Assembly (NCBI GenBank): GCA_964016885.1
Contig: OZ024744.1
Span: 31,248,001-31,312,000, forward strand
Source: Eledone cirrhosa
Lineage: Eukaryota
Length of the DNA: 64,000 nt
Reading direction: 5' to 3'
Part shown: piece after piece, positions 40,601 to 55,600 of the stretch
Layout of the letters: every line of letters begins with the position of its first letter
Numbering within the stretch: the first letter of the stretch is position 1
Position numbers and translations under genes: made by a program
Notes under the pieces: generated by a model
What the model saw: the letters and a program-made list of their open reading frames with translations, nothing else
The model's database searches: none
Told to the model about the DNA's origin: nothing

Positions 40601-43600
40601 AACCCAGTAGTAACTAATGTAATATGTCATGGCTAACTGAGACGTTGGTAAACCCAGTACTAACTAATGTAATATGTCATGGACAACTGAGACGTTGGTA
40701 AACCCAGTATTAACTAATCTCCTCTGTCATGGCTAACTGAGACGTTGGTAAACCCAGTACTAACTAATGTCCTATGTCATGACCAACTGAGACGTTAGTA
40801 AACCCAGTATTAACTAATGTCATCTGTCATGGCTAACTGAGACATTGTAAACCCAGTACTAACTAATGTCCTCTGTCATGGCCAACTGAGACGCTGGTAA
40901 ATCCAGTACTAATTAATGTCCTCTGTCATGGCTAACTGAGACATTGGTAAACCCAGTACTAACTAATGTCCTATGTCATGGCCAACTGAGACATTGGTAT
41001 ACCCAGTTCTAAATAATGTCCTATGTCATGATTAACTGAGACATTGGTAAACCCAGTAACAACTAATGTCGTCTGTCATGGCCAACTGAGACGTTGGTAA
41101 ACCCAGTACTAACTAATGTCCTATGTCATGGCCAACTGAGACATTGTTAAACCCAGTATTAACTAATGTCCTATGTCATGACCAACTGAGACATTGGTAA
41201 ACCGAGTACTAAGTAATATCCTATGTCATGGCCAACTGAGACGTTGGTAAACCCAGTACTAACTAATGTCCTCTGTCATGGCCAACTGAGACGTTGGTAA
41301 ACCCAACACTTACTAATGTCCTATGTCATGACCAACTGAGACCTTGGTAAACCCAGTACTAACTAATGTCCTCTGTCATGGCTAACTGAGACATTGGTGA
41401 ACCCAGTACTACCTAATGTCCTATGTCATGACCAACTGAGACGTTGGTAAACCCAGTACTAACTAAAGTCCTCTGTCATGGCCAACTGAGACGTTGGTAA
41501 ACCCAGTATTAACTAATGTCATATGTCATGGCTAACTGAGACATTGGTGAACTTAGTACTAACTAATATCCTACGTCATGACCAACTGAGACATAGGTAA
41601 ACCCAGTACTAACTAATGTCCTATGTCATGGCCAACTGAGATGTTGTTAAACTCAGTAGTAACTAATGTCCTATGTCATGGCCAACTGAGACATTAGTAA
41701 ACCCAGTACTAACTAATGTGCTCTGTCATGGCCAACTAAGACATTGGTAAACCAGTACTAAATAATGTCCTATGTCATGTCCAACTGAGATGTAGGTAAA
41801 CCCAGTACTAACTAATGTCCTATGTCATGGCCAACTGAGACATTGGTAAACCCAGTTCTAACTGATGTCATCTGTCATGGGCAACTGAGACATTGGTAAA
41901 CCCAGTACTAAGGAATGTCCTATGTTATGGACAACTGAGACGTTGGTAAACCCAGTACTAACTAATGTCCTCTGTCATGGCCAACTGAGACGTTGGTAAA
42001 CCCACTAATAACTAATGTACTCTGTCATGAGCAACTGATACGTTGGTAAACCCAGTACTAACTAATTTCCTATGTCATTACCAACTGAGAGGTTGGTAAA
42101 CCCAGTACTAACTAATGTCCTCTGTCATGGCTAACTGAGACATTGATAAACCCAGTACTAACTAATGTCCTCTGTCATGGCCAACTGAGACATTGGTAAA
42201 CCCAGTAGTAAGGAATTTCCTATGTCATGGCCAACTGAGATGTTGGTAAAGCCAGTACTAACTAATGTCATATGTCATGACCAACTGAGACATTGGTAAA
42301 CCCAGTACTAACTAATGTCCTATGTCATGGCTAACTGAGACATTGGTAAACCCAGTACTAACTAATGCCTCTGTCATGGCTAACTGAGACATTGGTAAAC
42401 CCAGTACTAACTAATGTCCTATGTCATGACCAACTGAGACATTGGTAAACACAGTACTAACTAATGTCCTATGACATGGCCAACTGAGACGTTGGTAAAC
42501 TCAGTACTAACTAATGTCCTATGTCATAACCAACTGAGACATTGGTAAACCCAGTACTAACTAATGTCCTCTCTCATGGGCAACTGAGACATTGGTAAAT
42601 CCAGTATTAACTAATGTCCTATGTCATGGCTAACTGAGACGTTGGTAAACCCAGTACTAACTAATGTCCTATGACATGGCCAACTGAGACGTTGGTAAAC
42701 CCAGTATTAACTAATATCCTATGTGATGACCAACTGAGACATTGGTAAACCCAGTACTAACTAATGTCCTCTGTCATGGCCAACTGAGACATTGGTAAAC
42801 CCAGTATTAACTAATGTCCTATGTCATGGCCAACTGAGACATTGGTAAACCCAGTACTAATTAATGTCCTATGTCATGGCTAACTGAGACGTTGGTAAAC
42901 TCAGTACTAACTAATGTCCTATGTCATGACCAACTGAGACATTGGTATACCCAGTACTAACTAATGTCCTCTGTCATGGCTAACTGAGACATTGGTAAAC
43001 CCAGTACTAACTAATGTCCTCTCTCATGGCCAACTGAGACATTGGTAAACCCAGTACAAACTAATGTCCTATGTCATGAACAACTGAGACGTTGGTAAAC
43101 CCAGTACTAACTAATGTCCTATGTCAGGGCCAACTGAGACGTGGTAAACCCAGTACTAACTAATGTCCTCTGTCATGGCTAACTGAGACATTGGTAAACC
43201 CAGTAGTAACTAATGTAATATGTCATGGCTAACTGAGACGTTGGTAAACCCAGTACTAACTAATGTAATATGTCATGGCCAACTGAGACGTTGGTAAACC
43301 CAGTATTAACTAATCTCCTCTGTAATGGCTAACTGAGACGTTGGTAAACCCAGTACTAACTAATGTCCTATGTCATGACCAACTGAGACGTTAGTAAACC
43401 CAGTATTAACTAATGTCCTCTGTCATGGCTAACCGAGACATTGTAAATCCAGTACTAACTAGTGTCCTCTGTCATGGCCAACTGAGACGCTGGTAAATCC
43501 AGTACTAATTAATGTACTCTGTCATGGCTAACTGAGACATTGGTAAACCCAGTACTAACTAATGTCATATGTCATGGCCAACTGAGACGTTGGTAAACAC

Positions 43601-46600
43601 AATATTAAATAATGTCCTATGTCATGACTAACTGAGACATTGGTAAACCCAGTAACAACTAATGTCGTCTGTCATGACCAACTGATACGTTGGTACACCC
43701 AGTACTAACTAATGTCCTCTGTGATGGCCAACTGAGACGTTGGTAAACCCAGTACTAACTAATGTCCTCTGTCATGGCTAACTGAGACATTGGTAAACCC
43801 AGTACTAACTAATGTCCTATGTCATGACCAACTGAGACGTTGGTAAACCCAGTACTAATTAATGTCCTATGTCATGGCTAACTGAGACATTGGTAAACTT
43901 AGTACTAACTAATATCCTACGTCATGACCAACTGAGACATTGGTAAACCCAGTACTAACTAATTACCTATGTCATGGCCAACTGAGACGTTGTTAAACCC
44001 AGTAGTAACTAATGTCCTATGTCATGGCCAACTGAGACATTAGTAAACCCAGTACTAACTAATGTGCTCTGTCATGGCCAACTAAGACATTGGTAAACCA
44101 GTACTAAATAATGTCCTATGTCATGTCCAACTGAGACGTAGGTAAACCCAGTACTAACTAATGTCCTATGTCATGGCCAACTGAGACATTGGTAAACCCA
44201 GTTCTAACTAATGTCCTCTGTCATGGGCAACTGAGACATTGGTAAACCCAGTACTAAGGAATGTCCTATGTTATGGCCAACTGAGACGTTGGTAAACCCA
44301 GTACTAACTAATGTCCTCTGTCATGGCCAACTGAGACGTTCGTAAACCCAGTACTAACTAATGTCCTCTCTCATGGCCAACTGAGACATTGGTAAACCCA
44401 GTATTAACTAATGTCCTCTGTCATGGACAACAGAGATAATTGGTAAACCCAGTACTAACTAATGTCCTCTGTCATGAACAACTGAGACGTTGGTAAACCC
44501 AGTACTAACTAATGTCCTCTGTCATGGCTAAATGAGACATTGGTAAACCCAGTACTAACTAATGTCCTCTGTCATGGCCAACTGAGACATCGGTAAACCC
44601 AGTACTAACTAATGTCCTATGTCATGAACAACTGAGACGTTGGTAAACCCAGTACTAACTAATGTCCTATGTCAGGGCCAACTGAGACGTGGTAAACCCA
44701 GTACTAACTAATGTCCTCTGTCATGGCTAACTGAGACATTGGTAAACCCAGTAGTAACTAATGTAATATGTCATGGCTAACTGAGACGTTGGTAAACCCA
44801 GTAATAACTAGTGTAATATGTCATGGACAACTGAGACGTTGGTAAACCCAGTATTAACTAATCTCCTCTGTCATGGCTAACTGAGACGTTGGTAAACCCA
44901 GTACTAACTAATGTCCTATGTCATGACCAACTGAGACGTTAGTAAACCCAGTATTAACTAATGTCCTCTGTCATGGCTAACTGAGACATTGTAAACCCAG
45001 TACTAACTAATGTCCTCTGTCATGGCCAACTGAGACGCTGGTAAATCCAGTACTAATTAATGTCCTCTGTCATGGCTAACTGAGACATTGGTAAACCCAG
45101 TACTAACTAATGTCCTATGTCATGGCCAACTGAGACGTTGGTAAACACAATATTAAATAATGTCCTATGTCAGGGCCAACTGAGACGTTGGTAAACCCAG
45201 TACTAACTAATGTCCTCTCTCATGGCCAACTGAGACGTTGGTAAACCCAGTACTAACTAATGTCCTATGTCATGAACAACTGAGACATTGGTAAACCCAG
45301 TACTAACTAATGTCCTCTGTCATGGCCAACTGAGACATTGGTATACCCAGTTCTAAATAATGTCCTATGTCATGACTAACTGAGACATTGGTAAACCCAG
45401 TAACAACTAATGTCGTCTGTCATGGCCAACTGAGACGTTGGTAAACCCAGTACTAACTAATGTCCTATGTCATGGCCAACTGAGACATTGTTAAACCCAG
45501 TACTAACTAATGTCCTCTGTCATGGCCAACTGAGACGTTCGTAAACCCAGTACTAACTAATGTCCTCTCTCATGGCCAACTGAGACATTGGTAAACCCAG
45601 TATTAACTAATGTCCTCTGTTATGGACAAAAGAGATAATTGGTAAACCCAGTACTAACTAATGTCCTCTGTCATGAACAACTGAGACGTTGGTAAACCCA
45701 GTACTAACTAATGTCCTTTGACATGGCCAACTGAGATAATTGGTAAACCCAGTACTAACTAATGTCCTATGTCATGGCCAACTGAGACATTGTTAAACCC
45801 AGTACTAACTAATGTCCTATGTCATGGCCAACTGAGACGTTGGTAAACACAATATTAAATAATGTCCTATGTCATGGCCAACTGATACGTTGGTACACCC
45901 AGTACTAACTAATGTCCTCTGTGATGGCCAACTGAGACGTTGGTAAACCCAGTACTAACTAATGTCCTCTGTCATGGCTAACTGAGACGTTGGTAAACCC
46001 AACACTTACTAATGTCCTATGTCATGACCAACTGAGACCTTGGTAAACCCAGTACTAACTAATGTCCTCTGTCATGGCTAACTGAGACATTGGTAAACCC
46101 AGTACTAACTAATGTCCTATGTCATGACCAACTGAGACGTTGGTAAACCCAGTACTAATTAATGTCCTATGTCATGGCTAACTGAGACATTGGTAAACTT
46201 AGTACTAACTAATATCCTACGTCATGACCAACTGAGACATTGTTAAACCCAGTACTAACTAATGTCCTATGTCATGGCCAACTGAGACGTTGGTAAACAC
46301 AATATTAAATAATGTCCTATGTCATGGCCAACTGATACGTTGGTACACCCAGTACTAACTAATGTCCTCTGTGATGGCCAACTGAGACGTTGTTAAACCC
46401 AGTAGTAACTAATGTCCTATGTCATGGCCAACTGAGACATTAGTAAACCCAGTACTAACTAATGTGCTCTGTCATGGCCAACTAAGACATTGGTAAACCA
46501 GTACTAAATAATGTCCTATGTCATGTCCAACTGAGACGTAGGTAAACCCAGTACTAACTAATGTCCTCTGTCATGGGCAACTGAGACATTGGTAAACCCA

Positions 46601-49600
46601 GTACTAAGGAATGTCCTATGTTATGGCCAACTGAGACGTTGGGAAACCCAGTACTAACTAATGTCCTCTGTCATGGCCAACTGAGACGTTCGTAAACCCA
46701 GTAATAACTAATGTCCTCTCTCATGAAATACTGAGACATTGGTAAACCCAGTATTAACTAATGTCCTCTGTCATCGACAACAGAGATAATTGGTAAACCC
46801 AGTACTAACTAATGTCCTCTGTCATGAACAACTGAGACGTTGGTAAACCCAGTACTAACTAATGTCCTCTGACATGGCCAACTGAGATAATTGGTAAACC
46901 CAGTACTAACTAATGTCCTCTGTCATGGCTAACTGAGACATTGGTAAACCCAGTACTAACTAATGTCCTCTGTCATGGCCAACTGAGACATTGGTAAACC
47001 CAGTACTAACTAATCTCCTCTGTCATGGCTAACTGAGACGTTGGTAAACCCAGTACTAACTAATGTCCTATGTCATGACCAACTGAGACGTTAGTAAACC
47101 CAGTATTAACTAATGTCCTCTGTCATGGCTAACTGAGACATTGTAAACCCAGTACTAACTAATGTACTCCGTCATGGCCTACTGAGACGCTGGTAAATCC
47201 AGTACTAATTAATGTCCTCTGTCATGGCTAACTGAGACATTGGTAAACCCAGTACTAATTAATGTCCTCTCTCATGGCCAACTGAGACATTGGTAAACCC
47301 AGTACTAACTAATGTCCTATGTCATGACCAACTGAGATATTGGTAAACCCAGTACTAACTAATGTCCTATGTCATGACCAACTGAGACATTGGTAAACCC
47401 AGTACTAACTAATGTCCTCTGTCATGGCCAACTGAGACATTGGTATACCCAGTTCTAAATAATGTCCTATGTCATGACTAACTGAGACATTGGTAAACCC
47501 AGTAACAACTAATGTCGTCTGTCATGGCCAACTGAGACGTTGGTAAACCCAGTACTAACTAATGTCCTATGTCATGGCCAACTGAGTCATTGTTAAACCC
47601 AGTACTAACTAATGTCCTCTGTCATGGCCAACTGAGACGTTCGTAAACCCAGTACTAACTAATGTCCTCTCTCATGGCCAACTGAGACATTGGTAAACCC
47701 AGTATTAACTAATGTCCTCTGTCATGGACAACAGAGATAATTGGTAAACCCAGTACTAACTAATGTCCTCTGTCATGAACAACTGAGACGTTGCTAAACC
47801 CAGTACTAACTAATGTCCTCTGACATGGCCAACTGAGATAATTGGTAAACCCAGCATTAACTAATGTCCTCTGTCATGGCTAACTGAGACATTGGTAAAC
47901 CCAGTACTAACTAATGTCCTATGTCATGAACAACTGAGACGTTGGTAAACCCAGTACTAACTAATGTCCTATGTCAGGGCCAACTGAGACGTGGTAAACC
48001 CAGTACTAACTAATGTCCTCTGTCATGGCTAACTGAGACATTGGTGAACCCAGTAGTAACTAATGTAATATGTCATGGGTAACTGAGACGTTGGTAAACC
48101 CAGTACTAACTAATGTAATATGTCATGGCCAACTGAGACGTTGGTAAACCCAGTATTAACTAATCTCCTCTGTCATGGCTAACTGAGACGTTGGTAAACC
48201 CAGTACTAACTAATGTCCTATGTCATGACCAACTGAGACGTTAGTAAACCCAGTATTAACTAATGTCCTCTGTCATGGCTAACTGAGACATTGTAAACCC
48301 AGTACTAACTAATGTCTTATGTCATGGCCAACTGAGACGTTGATAAACACAATATTAAATAATGTCCTCTGTCATGGCCAACTGAGACGTTAGTAAACCC
48401 AGTATTAACTAATGTCCTCTGTCATGGCTAACTGAGACATTGTAAACCCAGTACTAACTAATGTCCTATGTCATGACCAACTGAGACATTGGTAAACCCA
48501 GTACTAACTAATGTCCTCTGTCATGGCCAACTGAGACATTGGTATACCCAGTTCTAAATAATGTCCTATGTCATGACTAACTGAGACATTGGTAAACCCA
48601 GTAACAACTAATGTCGTCTGTCATGGCCAACTGAGACGTTGGTAAACCCAGTACTAACTAATGTCCTATGTCATGGCCAACTGAGACATTGTTAAACCCA
48701 GTACTAACTAATGTCCTATGTCATGACCAACTGATACGTTGGTACACCCAGTACTAACTAATGTCCTCTGTGATGGCCAACTGAGACGTTGGTAAACCCA
48801 GTACTAACTAATGTCCTCTGTCATGGCCAACTGAGACATTCGTAAACCCAGTACTAACTAATGTCCTCTGTTATGGTCAACTGAGAGATTGGTAAACCCA
48901 GTACTAACTAATGTCCTATGTCATGACCAACTGAGACATTGGTAAACCCAGTACTAACTAATGTCCTATGTCATTGCCAACTGAGACATTGGTAAACCCA
49001 GTACTAACTAATGTCGTATGTCGTGGCCAACTGAGACATTGGTAAACCCAGTACTAACTAATGTCCTATGTCATCGCCAAGTGACACGTTGGTAAACCCA
49101 GTACTAACTAATGTCCTATGTCATGACCAACTGAGACGTTGGTAAACCCAGTACTAACTAATGTCCTCTGTCATGGCCAACTTAGACGTAGGTAAACCCA
49201 GTACTAACTAATGTCCTCTGTCATGGCCAACTGAGACGTTGGTAAACCCAGTACTAACTAATGTCCTCTGTCATTACCAACTGAGACGTAGGTAAACCCA
49301 GTACTAACTAATGTCCTATGTCATGGCCAACTGAGACGTTGGTGAACCCAGTATTAACTAATGTCCTATGTCATGACCAACTGAGACATTGGTAAATCCA
49401 GTACTAACTAATGTCCTATGTCATGACCAACTGAGACATTCGTAAACCCAGTACTAACTAATGTCCTCTGTCGTGGCCAACTGAGAGATTGGTAAACCCA
49501 GTACTAACTCATGTCCTATGTCATGATCAACTGAGACATTGGTAAACCCAGTATTAACTAATGTCCTATGTCATGGCCAACTGAGACGTTGGTAAACTCA

Positions 49601-52600
49601 GTACTAACTAATGTCCTCTGTCATGACCAACTGAGACATTGGTAAACCCAGTACTAACTAATGTCCTATGTCATGACCAACTGAATATTGGTAAACCCAG
49701 TACTAACTAATGTCCTATGTCATGGCCAACTGAGACGTTGGTAAATCCAGTACTAACTAATGTCCTCTCTCATGGCCAACTGAGACGTTGGTAAACCCAG
49801 TATTAACTAATGTCCTATGTCATGGCCAACTGAGACGATGGTAAACCCAGTACTAAATAATGTCCTCTGTCATGGCCAACTGAGACATTGGTAAACCCAG
49901 TACTAACTAATGTCCTATGTCATGGCCAACTGAGACATTGGTAAACTCAGTACTATCTAATGTCCTATGTCATGGCACACTGAGACGTTGGTAAACCCAG
50001 TACTAATTAATGTCCTCTCTCATGGCCAACTGAGACGTTGGTAAACCCAGTACTAACTAATGTCCTCTTTCATGGCCAACTGAGACGTAGGTAAACCCCG
50101 TACTAACTAATGTCCTCTGTCATGGCCAACTGAGACGTTGGTAAACCCAGTACTAACTAATGTCCTCTGTCATGGCCAACTGAGACGTTGGTAAACCCAG
50201 TACTAACTAATGTCCTCTGTCATGGCCAACTGAGACGTTGGTAAACCCAGTACTAACTAATGTCCTATGTCATGGCCAACTGAGTCGTTGGTAAACCCAG
50301 TACTATCTAATTTCCTATATCATGACCAACTGAGACGTTGGTAAACCCAGTACTAACTAATGTCCTATGTCATGACCAACTGAGACATTGGTAAACCCAG
50401 TACTAACTAATGTCCTATGTCATTGCCAACTGAGACATTGGTAAACCCAGTACTAACTAATGTCGTATGTCGTGGCCAACTGAGACATTGGTAAACCCAG
50501 TACTAACTAATGTCCTATGTCATCGCCAACTGAGACGTTGGTAAACCCAGTACTAACTAATGTCCTATGTCATGACCAACTGAGACGTTGGTAAACCCAG
50601 TACTAACTAATGTCCTCTGTCATGGCCAACTTAGACGTAGGTAAACCCAGTACTAACTAATGTCCTCTGTCATGGCCAACTGAGACGTTGGTAAACCCAG
50701 TACTAACTAATGTCCTCTGTCATTACCAACTGAGACGTAGGTAAACCCAGTACTAACTAATGTCCTCTGTCATGGCCAACTGAGACGTAGGTAAACCCAG
50801 TACTAACTAATGTCCTCTGTCATGGCCAACTGAGACGTTGGTAAACCCAGTACTAACTAATGTCCTCTGTCATGGCCAACTGAGACATTTTTAAACCCAG
50901 TACTAACTAATGTCCTCTGTTATGGCCAACTGAGAGATTGGTAAACCCAGTACTAACTAATGTCCTATGTCATGACCAACTGAGACATTGGTAAACCCAG
51001 TACTAACTAATGTCCTATGTCATTGCCAACTGAGACATTGGTAAATCCAGTACTAACTAATGTCGTATGTCGTGGCCAACTGAGACATTGGTAAACCCAG
51101 TACTAACTAATGTCCTATGTCATCGCCAACTGAGACGTTGGTAAACCCAGTAGTAACTAATGTCCTATGTCATGACCAACTGAGACGTTGGTAAACCCAG
51201 TACTGACTAATGTCCTCTGTCATGGCCAACTTAGACGTAGGTAAACCCAGTACTAACTAATGTCCTCTGTCATGGCCAACTGAGACGTAGGAAAACCCAG
51301 TACTAACTAATGTCCTATGTCATGGCCAACTGAGACGTTGGTAAACCCAGTATTAACTAATGTCCTATGTCATGACCAACTGAGACATTGGTAAACCCAG
51401 TACTAACTAATGTCCTATATCATGGCCAACTGAGACGTTGGTAAACCCAGTACTAACTAATGTCTTATGTCATGGCCAACTGAGACATTGGTAAACCCAG
51501 TACTAACTAATGTCCTCTGTCATGGCCAACCAAGACGGTGGTAAACCCAGTACTAATTAATGTCCTCTGTCATGGCCAACGGAGACGTTGGTAAACCCAA
51601 TACTAACTAATGTCCTATGTCATGACCACCTGAGACATTGGTAAACCCAGTACTAACTAATGTCCTATGTCATGACCAACTGAGACATTGGTAAACACAT
51701 TACTAACTAATGTCCTATGTCATGGCCAACTGAGACGTTGGTAAACCCAGTACTAACTAATGTCCTCTGTCATGGCCAACTGAGAGATTGGTAAACCCAG
51801 TACTAACTAATGTCCTATGTCATGACCAACTGAGACAATGGTAAACCCAGTATTAACTAATGTCCTATGTCTTGGCCAACTGAGACGATGGTAAACCCAG
51901 TACTAAATAACGTCCTCTGTCATGGCCAACTGAGACATTGGTAAACCCAGTTCTAACTAATGTCCTATGTCATGGCCAACTGAGACGTTGGTAAACCCAG
52001 TACTAATTAATGTCCTCTCTCATGGCCAACTGAGACATTGGTAAACCCAGTACTAACTAATGTCCTATGTCATGACCAACTAAGATATTGGTAAACCCAG
52101 TACTAACTAATGTCCTATGTCATGACCAACTGAGACATTGGTAAACCCAGTACTAACTAATGTCCTCTGTCATGGCCAACTGAGACATTGGTATACCCAG
52201 TTCTAAATAATGTCCTATGTCATGACTAACTGAGACATTGGTAAACCCAGTAACAACTAATGTCGTCTGTCATGGCCAACTGAGACGTTGGTAAACCCAG
52301 TACTAACTAATGTCCTATGTCATGGCCAACTGAGTCATTGTTAAACCCAGTACTAACTAATGTCCTCTGTCATGGCCAACTGAGACGTTCGTAAACCCAG
52401 TACTAACTAATGTCCTCTCTCATGGCCAACTGAGACATTGGTAAACCCAGTATTAACTAATGTCCTCTGTCATGGACAACAGAGATAATTGGTAAACCCA
52501 GTACTAACTAATGTCCTCTGTCATGAACAACTGAGACGTTGCTAAACCCAGTACTAACTAATGTCCTCTGACATGGCCAACTGAGATAATTGGTAAACCC

Positions 52601-55600
52601 AGCACTAACTAATGTCCTCTGTCATGGCTAACTGAGACATTGGTAAACCCAGTACTAACTAATGTCCTATGTCATGAACAACTGAGACGTTGGTAAACCC
52701 AGTACTAACTAATGTCCTATGTCAGGGCCAACTGAGACGTGGTAAACCCAGTACTAACTAATGTCCTCTGTCATGGCTAACTGAGACATTGGTGAACCCA
52801 GTAGTAACTAATGTAATATGTCATGGGTAACTGAGACGTTGGTAAACCCAGTACTAACTAATGTAATATGTCATGGCCAACTGAGACGTTGGTAAACCCA
52901 GTATTAACTAATCTCCTCTGACATGGTTAACTGAGACGTTGGTAAACCCAGTACTAACTAATGTCCTATGTCATGACCAACTGAGACGTTAGTAAACCCA
53001 GTATTAACTAATGTCCTCTGTCATGGCTAACTGAGACATTGTAAACCCAGTACTAACTAATGTCTTATGTCATGGCCAACTGAGACGTTGATAAACACAA
53101 TATTAAATAATGTCCTCTGTCATGGCCAACTGAGACGTTGGTAAACCCAGTACTAACTAATGTCCTATGTCATGACCAACTGAGACATTGGTAAACCCAG
53201 TACTAACTAATGTCCTCTGTCATGGCCAACTGAGACATTGGTATACCCAGTTCTAAATAATGTCCTATGTCATGACTAACTGAGACATTGGTAAACCCAG
53301 TAACAACTAATGTCGTCTGTCATGGCCAACTGAGACGTTGGTAAACCCAGTACTAACTAATGTCCTATGTCATGGCCAACTGAGACATTGTTAAACCCAG
53401 TACTAACTAATGTCCTATGTCATGACCAACTGATACGTTGGTACACCCAGTACTAACTAATGTCCTCTGTGATGGCCAACTGAGACGTTGGTAAACCCAG
53501 TACTAACTAATGTCCTCTGTCATGGCCAACTGAGACATTCGTAAACCCAGTACTAACTAATGTCCTCTGTTATGGTCAACTGAGAGATTGGTAAACCCAG
53601 TACTAACTAATGTCCTATGTCATGACCAACTGAGACATTGGTAAACCCAGTACTAACTAATGTCCTATGTCATTGCCAACTGAGACATTGGTAAACCCAG
53701 TACTAACTAATGTCGTATGTCGTGGCCAACTGAGACATTGGTAAACCCAGTACTAACTAATGTCCTATGTCATCGCCAAGTGACACGTTGGTAAACCCAG
53801 TACTAACTAATGTCCTATGTCATGACCAACTGAGACGTTGGTAAACCCAGTACTAACTAATGTCCTCTGTCATGGCCAACTTAGACGTAGGTAAACCCAG
53901 TACTAACTAATGTCCTCTGTCATGGCCAACTGAGACGTTGGTAAACCCAGTACTAACTAATGTCCTCTGTCATTACCAACTGAGACGTAGGTAAACCCAG
54001 TACTAACTAATGTCCTCTGTCATGGCCAACTGAGATGTAGGTAAACCCAGTACTAACTAATGTCCTATGTCATGGCCAACTGAGACGTTGGTGAACCCAG
54101 TATTAACTAATGTCCTATGTCATGACCAACTGAGACATTGGTAAATCCAGTACTAACTAATGTCCTATGTCATGACCAACTGAGACATTCGTAAACCCAG
54201 TACTAACTAATGTCCTCTGTCGTGGCCAACTGAGAGATTGGTAAACCCAGTACTAACTCATGTCCTATGTCATGATCAACTGAGACATTGGTAAACCCAG
54301 TATTAACTAATGTCCTATGTCATGGCCAACTGAGACGTTGGTAAACTCAGTACTAACTAATGTCCTCTGTCATGACCAACTGAGACATTGGTAAACCCAG
54401 TACTAACTAATGTCCTATGTCATGACCAACTGAGATATTGGTAAACCCAGTACTAACTAATGTCCTATGTCATGGCCAACTGAGACGTTGGTAAATCCAG
54501 TACTAACTAATGTCCTCTCTCATGGCCAACTGAGACGTTGGTAAACCCAGTATTAACTAATGTCCTATGTCATGGCCAACTGAGACGATGGTAAACCCAG
54601 TACTAAATAATGTCCTCTGTCATGGCCAACTGAGACATTGGTAAACCCAGTACTAACTAATGTCCTATGTCATGGCCAACTGAGACATTGGTAAAGTCAG
54701 TACTATCTAATGTCCTATGTCATGGCACACTGAGACGTTGGTAAACCCAGTACTAATTAATGTCCTCTCTCATGGCCAACTGAGACGTTGGTAAACCCAG
54801 TACTAACTAATGTCCTCTTTCATAGCCAACTGAGACGTAGGTAAACCCCGTACTAACTAATGTCCTCTGTCATGGCCAACTGAGACGTTGGTAAACCCAG
54901 TACTAACTAATGTCCTCTGTCATGGCCAACTGAGACGTTGGTAAACCCAGTACTAACTAATGTCCTCTGTCATGGCCAACTGAGACGTTGGTAAACCCAG
55001 TACTAACTAATGTCCTATGTCATGGCCAACTGAGTCGTTGGTAAACCCAGTACTATCTAATTTCCTATATCATGACCAACTGAGACGTTGGTAAACCCAG
55101 TACTAACTAATGTCCTATGTCATGACCAACTGAGACATTGGTAAACCCAGTACTAACTAATGTCCTATGTCATTGCCAACTGAGACATTGGTAAACCCAG
55201 TACTAACTAATGTCGTATGTCGTGGCCAACTGAGACATTGGTAAACCCAGTACTAACTAATGTCCTATGTCATCGCCAACTGAGACGTTGGTAAACCCAG
55301 TACTAACTAATGTCCTATGTCATGACCAACTGAGACGTTGGTAAACCCAGTACTAACTAATGTCCTCTGTCATGGCCAACTTAGACGTAGGTAAACCCAG
55401 TACTAACTAATGTCCTCTGTCATGGCCAACTGAGACGTTGGTAAACCCAGTACTAACTAATGTCCTCTGTCATTACCAACTGAGACGTAGGTAAACCCAG
55501 TACTAACTAATGTCCTCTGTCATGGCCAACTGAGACGTAGGTAAACCCAGTACTAACTAATGTCCTCTGTCATGGCCAACTGAGACGTTGGTAAACCCAG

